Assembly: GCA_016125045.1 (NCBI GenBank)
Contig: WGML01000009.1
Span: 117,206-181,205 of the forward strand
DNA: 64,000 bases
Direction of reading: 5' to 3'
Source of the DNA: a bacterium
GTDB taxonomy: Bacteria > Pseudomonadota > Alphaproteobacteria > Caulobacterales > Hyphomonadaceae
Shown here: one piece after another, positions 56,573 through 64,000 of the stretch
How positions within the stretch are numbered: position 1 is the stretch's first letter
How the letters are laid out: each line of letters starts with the position of its first letter
The notes under the pieces: generated by a model
Database searches by the model: none
Told to the model about the DNA's origin: nothing
Seen by the model: only the letters and a program-made list of their open reading frames with translations
Program-made: the position numbers and the translations under genes

Positions 56573-58081
56573 ATGACCGGCTTCCACAAAACCTGCCTCC
56601 TGCGATCGACAACCGCCGCCCTCGCCCTCGCCATGATCGCGGGCGCGTCCGCGGGTGCGGCTTCGGCCGCCCCCTCCTGCGACGCCCTCGTCGGCTTGAA
56701 GATGCCGGACGCACGGATCACCAGCGCGGTGGAAGCCGCCACGCCCGTGGCGCACTGCAAGGTGACGGGCGTCATCGGCAAGGAGACCAATTTCGCGGTC
56801 TGGCTGCCGAAGGACTGGAACGGCAAATTCGTGATGGGCGGCCAGGGCGGGTTCGCCGGCTCGGTCGAGAACCAGGCGATGGCGGCGGGCGCGCTCCAGA
56901 AAGGCTACGCCACGGCCGGCACCGACACGGGCCACAGCGCCGCGGGGTCGGACGGATCTTGGGCGCTCGGCGAGATGGAGCGCATCGTCAACTATGGCCA
57001 CGCCGCAATCCACCGCGTCACCGAAGTTTCCAAATTCGTGATCGCCAACCACTATGAAAAGCCAGCCGACCGCTCCTACTTCGTCGGATGCTCCAATGGC
57101 GGTCGCCAGGCTCTCCAATCGGCGCAGCGCTATCCCGATGACTTTGACGGCATTGTCGCGGGGGCCCCGGCGCTCGATTTCGTCGGCGTCGCCTCGGCCT
57201 TCATTCAGGTGACCACCGCCACCTATCCCGACGCAGCCAATCTCGACCAGCCGGCGATCAACCTCGCCGATCGCAAGGCCATCGCGGCCGCTGCTCTCGC
57301 CAAATGCGACGGCGATGACGGACTGAAGGACGGGATCATCGTCGACCCGCCATCGTGCAAATTCGATCCGGCCGAACTCGCCTGCAAGGGAGCGAACGCC
57401 GACGGCTGCCTGTCACCGGCTGAGCTCAAGGTCGCCCGCGCGGTGCTCGGCGGCGTCAGTGTGGGCGGCAAGCTCCTCCAGCCGGGCTACGCGCTTGGAT
57501 CGGAAGACAAGCCCGGCGGATGGGACCTTTGGCTCGTCGGCCGCAAGGACGGCATTTCCAGGGGCGTCCCCAGTCTCGCCTACAGCTTCGGCGTCGGACT
57601 GATGCGCTATTTCGTCAAGCAGGATCCGAACTGGGTCCCGCAAGGCTACGACCCGGCGAATTTCGAGAAGGATTTCGGACTGATCGACAAGACGCTGAGC
57701 GCTAAGAACCCTGACCTTTCGGCGTTCCGCAGCCGCGGCGGCAAGCTGTTGATGTACCACGGCTGGTCGGACGCGGCGCTGACCCCCAACATGTCGACGC
57801 GCTACATCAGCCGCGTCTACGATTTCGACCAGACCGCGCGCAATGACGTCCGACTGTTCATGCTGCCGGGCGTGCTGCACTGCGCAGGCGGGCCGGGCCC
57901 GGATCGCGTCGACGTGATCGACGCCATCGACGCCTGGGTCGCGGGCGGCCCCGCGCCGGATTCGCTCAATGCCGGATTTGCGACCGGAGGCGGCGGGCGC
58001 AAGGTTTGTCCCTACCCGCAGAAAGCCGTGTTCAAGGGCCAGGGCGACGGCCGCAGCCCGGACCAGTTCGAGTGCCGCTGA
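56573..58081 (+). CDS. Tannase/feruloyl esterase-family alpha/beta hydrolase, secreted
   Basis: WNGKF, TDTGH, GCSNGG, YP.DFDGI, HGWSD, PG..HC.GG and CPYP motifs. Confidence 0.93.
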   Translation: MTGFHKTCLLRSTTAALALAMIAGASAGAASAAPSCDALVGLKMPDARITSAVEAATPVAHCKVTGVIGKETNFAVWLPKDWNGKFVMGGQGGFAGSVENQAMAAGALQKGYATAGTDTGHSAAGSDGSWALGEMERIVNYGHAAIHRVTEVSKFVIANHYEKPADRSYFVGCSNGGRQALQSAQRYPDDFDGIVAGAPALDFVGVASAFIQVTTATYPDAANLDQPAINLADRKAIAAAALAKCDGDDGLKDGIIVDPPSCKFDPAELACKGANADGCLSPAELKVARAVLGGVSVGGKLLQPGYALGSEDKPGGWDLWLVGRKDGISRGVPSLAYSFGVGLMRYFVKQDPNWVPQGYDPANFEKDFGLIDKTLSAKNPDLSAFRSRGGKLLMYHGWSDAALTPNMSTRYISRVYDFDQTARNDVRLFMLPGVLHCAGGPGPDRVDVIDAIDAWVAGGPAPDSLNAGFATGGGGRKVCPYPQKAVFKGQGDGRSPDQFECR

Positions 58082-58121
58082 GTTGATGCTGTAACCGGCG
58101 ATTGCTCCGGGGTGCGGACGA

Positions 58122-58547
58122 TCAGTCCGCGCGACGAAGGACGCCTGAAGCCACGACCGGAACGAGCCAGCCCAGGATGAAGGCTGTATTGGCGATCGCG
58201 TTGAACGGCGCGCTGAGTGCGACCGATAACGTGCTGTCGATCACATACCACGTCAGCAAGGCGATCGTGATTCCGCGCCAGACCGTCGCTCCGATCCGTC
58301 TATCCTCGCGAATGATGACAGAGATCGTCATCGCCCAGCCCACCATGACCGCGCCCAGAACCGCGACGGTCAAGCGGTCCGATCTCGCTTCAATTCGGGC
58401 GCTTCCATCATTCGGCCAGAGAGCAAGGTCGTAATAGAGCCGCGCACCTGCGTCGGTCTCCGGGAAGGCGCCCGCCGCCAGGACGAGGCCCAACAGAGCC
58501 ACCGAACCGCACCATATGTTCAGCCATGTTTTCCAGAAGCGGGACAA
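58122..58547 (-). CDS. Hypothetical membrane protein
   Basis: GGAGGGAG RBS with TTG start; 4 TM helices; GAVM.GW and WY.IDS..S motifs. Confidence 0.75.
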   Translation of the reverse strand: MSRFWKTWLNIWCGSVALLGLVLAAGAFPETDAGARLYYDLALWPNDGSARIEARSDRLTVAVLGAVMVGWAMTISVIIREDRRIGATVWRGITIALLTWYVIDSTLSVALSAPFNAIANTAFILGWLVPVVASGVLRRAD

Positions 58548-58610
58548 GGTCTCCCTCCCAGTTCGCGTCCGCATCAACACTGCTTTTGATCGATCCGGAT
58601 AGCGCTCACA

Positions 58611-58627
58611 ATTACGCTGCTGGTAAT
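58611..58627. promoter_or_regulatory. Palindromic operator candidate between divergent genes
   Basis: ATTAC-gctgctg-GTAAT. Confidence 0.5.
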
Positions 58628-58689
58628 GGAATTTACCCGGCTTCCCGGCGAACCTGCACCGCGGACGACGCAGAGGGGACACGGCTGAG

Positions 58690-59463
58690 ATGAACGAGAC
58701 AGCGACCTTTGCCGACGCCCTGCGCGTCTGGCGGACCAACCGCCGGATGAGCCAGCTTGAACTGTCGCTGACGAGCGAAGTGTCGTCGCGGCACCTGTCA
58801 TTTCTCGAAACCGGCCGCGCGAGGCCGAGCCGCGATATGGTGCTGCGGATCTGCGACGCCCTGCTCATCCCGCGCGCCGCCCGGAACGAACTCCTTCGCG
58901 CGGCGGGGTTCGCGCCGATCTTCCCGGCGACCCCGCTCGACTCCGAAGTCATGGCCCCCTTCCGCCGCGTGGTCGACGACATGATCCGCCGGCACGCGCC
59001 CTACCCCGCCATGCTCACCGACCGGTGCTGGAACCTCATCGACGCCAATCCCGCCGGCCGGCTGCTGCTTTCGCCCTTCGGCGACGGCGCCATCAATCTC
59101 GTCCGGGAGCTTGCCTGCAATCCGATCGCGCGCGACCTCATCTGCAACTGGTCGGAGACAGTCGCCGAGATGGCGTCACGCATCCGGCTGGAGGTGCTCG
59201 AAGCCGGCGACGACCCTGCGCTCATGGCGCTGCTGCGCCACCTGGAGCAAGCCCTCGACAGGACGGATCGTCCCCGACACGCGCCGCTGCGGCGGCCGGT
59301 CGCCCCGCTCGAGATCAATGCGGGTGGGCGCGTGCTCGCCTTCCTGTCGACGATCGTGCATTTCGGGACCAGCGAAGACGTCACCGTGCGCGATCTTCGT
59401 CTTGAGCTTCTCTTTCCCGCCGACGAGGCCACCCGCCTCGCCCTCATCGAAAGCGCTTCCTGA
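58690..59463 (+). CDS. XRE-family HTH regulator with MmyB-like ligand-binding domain
   Basis: SQL.L....VSSRHLSFLETGR.RPSR, H.PYPA and FGT..DVT...L.LEL.FP motifs. Confidence 0.92.
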   Translation: MNETATFADALRVWRTNRRMSQLELSLTSEVSSRHLSFLETGRARPSRDMVLRICDALLIPRAARNELLRAAGFAPIFPATPLDSEVMAPFRRVVDDMIRRHAPYPAMLTDRCWNLIDANPAGRLLLSPFGDGAINLVRELACNPIARDLICNWSETVAEMASRIRLEVLEAGDDPALMALLRHLEQALDRTDRPRHAPLRRPVAPLEINAGGRVLAFLSTIVHFGTSEDVTVRDLRLELLFPADEATRLALIESAS

Positions 59464-59561
59464 CCCGGCTTCACGCGGCCTGCGCTGGTCTTTCACGCCC
59501 GAACCGCTAGCGTGGAGGCATCAACGCGCAAACCCGGCCGGGCCGGGCTCGGAGGAGCATC

Positions 59562-60350
59562 ATGAAGAACCTGTTTTCACTGGAAGGCCGCACAGCGCTC
59601 GTGACCGGAGGCTCCCGCGGGATCGGCGAGATGATCGCCCGCGGCTTCATCGAGTACGGCGCGAAGGTCTACATCTCCTCCCGAAAGGCGGGCGTCTGCG
59701 AGGAAGTCGCGGCGGAGCTGTCAAAGCGGGGTGAGTGCATCGCCGTCCCAATGGACATCTCCACGGTCGACGGCTGCCGGGCGCTCGCCGCCGAAATCGA
59801 GAAGAGGGAGCCGAAACTCGATATCCTCGTCAACAACGCCGGCGCGGCCTGGGCGGCCGACTTTCTGGAATTCCCGGAAAGCGGCTGGGACAAGGTGATG
59901 AACCTCAACGTCAAGTCGCCCTTCTTCCTCACCCAGTCGCTGCACGGCGCCTTGAAGCGAGCAGCCTCGTTCGAGCGGCCGTCGAAGGTCATCAACATCT
60001 GCTCGATCGACGGCATCAAGCTCAACCCGCTCGAAACCTACTCCTACCACGCGTCCAAATCGTCGCTGATCTACTTGACGCGGCGCATGGCGGCCCGGCT
60101 GGTCCAGGATGCAATCGTCATGACCGGCATCGCTCCCGGTCCGTTCGCGTCGGAAATGAACCGCGCCGCGAGGGATCTGCCGGACGTCGTCGCCTCCCAC
60201 ACGCCGCTGCGCCGCATCGGCACGGATGAAGATATGGCCGGAACCGCGATCTTCCTCGCTTCGCGCGCCGGCGACTATGTGGTCGGCGACACGATCGCGG
60301 TGGATGGCGGGATCGCCTATGCGAGCGTGCCAGGTCGCGGCCCCTCCTGA
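59562..60350 (+). CDS. Short-chain dehydrogenase/reductase (RhlG-like subfamily)
   Basis: TGGSRGIG, NNAGAAW, SIDG, Y..SK and IAPG.F motifs. Confidence 0.95.
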   Translation: MKNLFSLEGRTALVTGGSRGIGEMIARGFIEYGAKVYISSRKAGVCEEVAAELSKRGECIAVPMDISTVDGCRALAAEIEKREPKLDILVNNAGAAWAADFLEFPESGWDKVMNLNVKSPFFLTQSLHGALKRAASFERPSKVINICSIDGIKLNPLETYSYHASKSSLIYLTRRMAARLVQDAIVMTGIAPGPFASEMNRAARDLPDVVASHTPLRRIGTDEDMAGTAIFLASRAGDYVVGDTIAVDGGIAYASVPGRGPS

Positions 60351-60378
60351 GCCACACTCGCGGCCGGTGTTCGATCGT

Positions 60379-60906
60379 TCATAGGGCGACCGAGCGCGGC
60401 CGCTTTGCGCGGGGGGCCGCGCGCGCCGCGCCTCTTGCGTCCTGCGCGGCGTCATCCTGGCCTTCGGCGCCGCGCGCGGGCGAGACGCGGATGTCCACGC
60501 GCCGCGATTGCGGCCCGCCAAAGCCCGTCGCCGGACGGACGTCGAGCACGATCCCGGTTTGATCTCCGCCGGGCGCGATCAGCGTCTGCGCGACCAGATG
60601 CACGCGCGCCAGCGCCCGGGCGAGCCCGCCATCATCCCGCGCCGGATCGAATTCCGTCGCAAGCTCCACCCGCCGAACGGCGCAACTCGATACAGCCGCG
60701 CCCAGCCGCGCCAGCACCGCCTCGGCCTCGGGCGACAGCGCGTCGATGTCCGTGGGAAAATAGATCGCCGCCGCAAGCGGGCCGCACGCGACCGTCTGCT
60801 GGTCGGCCGGAACGATCTCAACCGGCTGGACCGTCTGTCCGGCCGCGATCGGACTGACGCAGATTCCGCTCCCCAGCCCGAGCGCAGCGATCCAGACGTA
60901 GCGCAT
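60379..60906 (-). CDS. Secreted hypothetical protein with a degenerate OmpA C-terminal-like domain
   Basis: Signal peptide, IYF.....LS.EA...L, L...R...V...L and SRRVDI motifs. Confidence 0.6.
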   Translation of the reverse strand: MRYVWIAALGLGSGICVSPIAAGQTVQPVEIVPADQQTVACGPLAAAIYFPTDIDALSPEAEAVLARLGAAVSSCAVRRVELATEFDPARDDGGLARALARVHLVAQTLIAPGGDQTGIVLDVRPATGFGGPQSRRVDIRVSPARGAEGQDDAAQDARGAARAAPRAKRPRSVAL

Positions 60907-61076
60907 GCTTCCCTCGTCGCGCAGCCAACCGACGCTCGCAATGCATGTTCCGCGCCGATCAAGGCGGCGTGATCACATGCGCGCGGCGGCTTGACCTCGC
61001 CCTGCGTCCGCGCTCCCCTCCGCCGAGCGTGACGAAACTGGAACCCAGCCGCGGGCTGCAAGGGGAGCAACACAAG

Positions 61077-61955
61077 ATGTGCGACGAACACACCAACGAC
61101 GACAATGAGCAATTCCTCGCTCGGGTGGCGGGTCCGTCCCGAAGGGCGTTCGCGACGCTCCCGGCCGGGATCGCGATGGCGATGTTGATGGCGCGTCCCG
61201 CCAACGCCCAGGCCGTCACCGACGGCGATGTCATGGTGACCACGCCGGACGGCGAGGCGGACTGCTATTTCGTCCACCCCGCGACGGGCAAACACCCCGG
61301 CGTCCTTATCTGGCCGGACATCATGGGCCTTCGTCCCGCCTTCCGGCTGATGGCGAAACGTCTCGCGGAATCCGGGTACTCGGTGCTTGTGGTGAATCCG
61401 TATTACCGCACGGCCCGCTCTCCCGTGATCGCCGAGGGTGAGGGCTTCCAGCAACCGGCGGTTCGCGAACGCCTGATGCCGCTTGCCCGTTCGCTCTCCC
61501 CGCAAACCAACGAAACGGACGCCAAGGCGTTCATAGCCTTCCTCGACTCGCAGGCGTCGGTGGACACCGCACGCAAGATCGCGACCACCGGTTATTGCAT
61601 GGGCGGTCCGATGGTGATGCGCACGGCGGCCGCGGTTCCGGACCGGGTCGGCGCCGCCGGCTCCTTCCATGGCGGCGGACTCGCCACCGATGCGCCCAAC
61701 AGCCCTCACCTCCTGATCCCGAAGATGAAGGCGAGCTTCCTGATCGCCGTCGCTGCCAACGATGACGAGCGCAACCCGAAGGAAAAGGAGACCCTGCGCG
61801 AAAGCTTCAAGGCCGCCGGACTCACCGCCGAGATCGAGGTCTACGAGGGCGCGATGCATGGCTGGTGTCCGCCGGACTCCGCCGTCTACAACGAGGCGCA
61901 GGCGGAACGGGCGTGGGCGCGCATGCTCGCTCTCTTCCAGACCGCGCTCGCCTGA
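61077..61955 (+). CDS. Dienelactone hydrolase-family protein with Tat-like leader
   Basis: SRRAF leader; WPDIMGLR, GYCMGG, SFHGG and HGW motifs. Confidence 0.92.
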   Translation: MCDEHTNDDNEQFLARVAGPSRRAFATLPAGIAMAMLMARPANAQAVTDGDVMVTTPDGEADCYFVHPATGKHPGVLIWPDIMGLRPAFRLMAKRLAESGYSVLVVNPYYRTARSPVIAEGEGFQQPAVRERLMPLARSLSPQTNETDAKAFIAFLDSQASVDTARKIATTGYCMGGPMVMRTAAAVPDRVGAAGSFHGGGLATDAPNSPHLLIPKMKASFLIAVAANDDERNPKEKETLRESFKAAGLTAEIEVYEGAMHGWCPPDSAVYNEAQAERAWARMLALFQTALA

Positions 61956-62046
61956 GCCTCGGCGGGCTTGTCGCACCGGACGCCGTGTCGACGCCGCACG
62001 CCCTTGGGGCTAGTGACGTTGCGGTCTAGCGCAAGGATCAGGCTTC

Positions 62047-63156
62047 ATGGCGACCACACGGGCGGAGTTCGGGGACGCGGATACTTCGACCGCCGCGCGC
62101 GGGGCGACGCGGCTGATCATCCGCCGGCCGGACGACTGGCATGTCCACCTGCGCGACGGGCCGATGCTCGCCGCCGTCGTTGGCGACACGGCGCGCCAGT
62201 TTGCACGCGCGATCGTCATGCCAAACCTTGCGCCGCCCGTAACGACCGTCGCCGCGGCCGCCGCCTATCGGGACCGCATCATCGCCGCCCTGCCGAACGG
62301 GGCGTCGTTCACACCGCTGATGACCGCCTACCTGACCGACGACGCGGACCCGGCTGAAATCCGGCGTGGCTTCGAGACGGGGGTGTTCACCGCCTGCAAG
62401 CTCTACCCCGCGCACGCCACCACCAACTCCGCGCACGGCGTCACGGACATCCGGCGCATCTATCCCGTGCTCGCCGAGATGCAGGAGATTGGCATGCCTC
62501 TGCTCCTGCATGGCGAGGTGACGGATCGCCATGTCGACATATTCGATCGGGAAGCCGTGTTCATCGACACCGTGCTGAGCCGGATCGTTGCTGACTTCCC
62601 GGCGCTGAAGATCGTGTTCGAACACATCACAACCGAAGAGGCGGCGCAGTTTGTTGCATCCGCGGGGCCGTCGATCGCAGCGACGATCACGCCGCATCAC
62701 CTCGTGATCAACCGCAACGCCCTGTTCGATGGCGGGATGAGGCCGCACGCCTACTGCCTACCCGTGGCGAAGCGCGAGCGGCACCGGCTGGCGCTCCGCA
62801 AGGCGGCGATCTCGGGCGACCCCCGATTTTTCCTCGGCACGGATTCGGCGCCTCATTCGCGGGGCGACAAGGAATCTGCGTGCGGCTGCGCCGGCATCTA
62901 CAATGCGCCCGTCGCGCTCGAATCCTATGCCGTCGTCTTCGAGGAGGAAGGCGCCCTCGACCGGCTGGAGGCCTTCGCGTCGGAGCATGGTCCCCGCTTC
63001 TACGGCCTTCCGCTCAACGCCGAATGCATCGCGCTCGATCGCTCGCCCTGGCGCGTTGAAGACGCCCTCCCGGCCGCAGGGACCGAGATCGTGCCCTTCC
63101 ACGCGGGCGCGACCCTGCCGTGGCGGTTCGCCGGAGTGTTAGCTGCCGACGCCTAG
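62047..63156 (+). CDS. pyrC: Dihydroorotase (type II)
   Basis: [36 protein letters not shown] and GTDSAPH motifs. Confidence 0.97.
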   Translation: MATTRAEFGDADTSTAARGATRLIIRRPDDWHVHLRDGPMLAAVVGDTARQFARAIVMPNLAPPVTTVAAAAAYRDRIIAALPNGASFTPLMTAYLTDDADPAEIRRGFETGVFTACKLYPAHATTNSAHGVTDIRRIYPVLAEMQEIGMPLLLHGEVTDRHVDIFDREAVFIDTVLSRIVADFPALKIVFEHITTEEAAQFVASAGPSIAATITPHHLVINRNALFDGGMRPHAYCLPVAKRERHRLALRKAAISGDPRFFLGTDSAPHSRGDKESACGCAGIYNAPVALESYAVVFEEEGALDRLEAFASEHGPRFYGLPLNAECIALDRSPWRVEDALPAAGTEIVPFHAGATLPWRFAGVLAADA

Positions 63157-63273
63157 TCGCCGAACGATCGGGATGGTGGACCTGGGCGAAGAAACTTCGA
63201 ACCAAGTTCTGGAAACACTCGAAGAATGGAATCGCTTCCTCGAACAGAATAAACGACCAGTGGGGCCGACGCC

Positions 63274-63720
63274 ATGACGCCGGAACCCCAATCCCCCAAA
63301 TCGCTCCGTCTGGCCTTTGAAGACACGTTTCCCGCCGCCCGTGGCGGGGGCCGGAAGCGGACGCCGCCGTTCTCCCTGCGGCTCTCGCAAGCTGAGCGGG
63401 AGCAGCTGGAAAGGGAGGCGGGAGACCGCCCGCTGGGCGCCTACGTCAAAGAGAAGGTGTTCGGGGACAGCCCACCCGTCCGCAACCGGCGGACAGGGCT
63501 GTCGGTCGATGACAGGAAGGCGCTCGCCCAGGCTCTGGCCCTGCTGGGGCAGAGCCGGATAGCGAGCAACCTCAACCAGCTTGCAAAGGCGGTGAACATG
63601 GGGGCGTTGCCGCTCTCCCCTCACGCGAAAGAGGAACTGCGGGAGTGTTGCGCCGTCATTCGAGAAATCCGGGGCTTGCTAATGCGTGCCATGGGCCTCC
63701 AGACGGGAGGTTCACCATGA
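63274..63720 (+). CDS. mobC: MobC-type relaxosome accessory protein
   Basis: RHH-like FSLRLS..ER..LE..A and NLNQLAKAVN motifs; ATGA overlap with the relaxase. Confidence 0.85.
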   Translation: MTPEPQSPKSLRLAFEDTFPAARGGGRKRTPPFSLRLSQAEREQLEREAGDRPLGAYVKEKVFGDSPPVRNRRTGLSVDDRKALAQALALLGQSRIASNLNQLAKAVNMGALPLSPHAKEELRECCAVIREIRGLLMRAMGLQTGGSP

Positions 63721-64000
63721 TCCTCAAAGCCTCCCAGCGCAGCGGCGGGCAGGATCTCGCCGCGCACCTGATGCGAATGGACGAGAACGAGCACGTTGAG
63801 CTTCACGAAATGCGTGGTTTCGTAGCGGCCGAACTCGCGGGCGCATTCCGCGAAGCCTACGCGATCAGCCGCGCCACGAAATGCCGTCAGTATCTTTTTT
63901 CCTTGAGCCTCAATCCGCCTGAACGCGAAGCCGTCCCGGTCGCCGTGTTTGAAGGCGCCATCGCGCGCGTTGAAAAGAAGCTGGGGCTCGAAGGCCAGCC
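63717..64000 (+). CDS. Relaxase/mobilisation nuclease, N-terminal part (runs off the right edge; absent from the ORF track)
   Basis: Manual translation MILKASQRSGGQDLAAHLMRMDENEHVELHEMRGFV...TKCRQYLFSLSLNPP...LGLEGQ; coupled to mobC. Confidence 0.85.
   Translation, partial: MILKASQRSGGQDLAAHLMRMDENEHVELHEMRGFVAAELAGAFREAYAISRATKCRQYLFSLSLNPPEREAVPVAVFEGAIARVEKKLGLEGQ

Larger units (their letters stand above)
63157..64000 (+). mobile_element. Left edge of a mobilisable integrated element or remnant
   Basis: mobC-relaxase pair directly after pyrC, with an A-richer stretch at 63180-63260; no integrase or att site visible in the window. Confidence 0.6.

Noticed and set aside
3620..61976. Many long antisense or alternate-frame ORFs (e.g. 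3620-5110, 7736-9985, 25803-27389, 38411-40996, 60579-61976)
   Set aside because: Shadows of well-supported genes in high-GC DNA, with Arg/Ala/Pro-rich or mirror-codon composition and no family motifs

Overview
A GC-rich alphaproteobacterial chromosomal window. Gene content suggests Caulobacterales/Hyphomonadaceae, which is an inference. It opens at the edge of a polysaccharide locus (GT2 plus an outer-membrane beta-barrel) and is mostly metabolic and envelope genes: methylsuccinyl-CoA dehydrogenase, thiolase, etfBA, cobalamin adenosyltransferase, PQQ dehydrogenase, uvrB, a GGDEF-EAL protein, threonine aldolase, a TonB receptor, ACADs, amidohydrolases, a tannase-family esterase and pyrC. It ends in a mobC-relaxase pair, the edge of a mobilisable element. 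No rRNA, tRNA or CRISPR array was found. Four things stand out. (i) An ~8 kb block (30.07-38.2 kb) is bracketed by ~120-bp direct repeats with a 56-bp identical core, built from modular palindromic REP-like units. Inside it a MacAB-like exporter operon is split by an amidoligase gene and a membrane-anchored TIR-domain gene, and an orphan HTH gene sits at its edge. (ii) Four paralogous secreted proteins of unknown function share an ERC...EMxHDAR...EYACHEGNY signature. (iii) Two tandem SAM-methyltransferase-fold proteins carry lipoprotein signals. (iv) Two small ORFs are missing from the ORF track. Start codons were refined by eye using RBS and family N-termini. No database searches were run, so family names come from motif recognition only.
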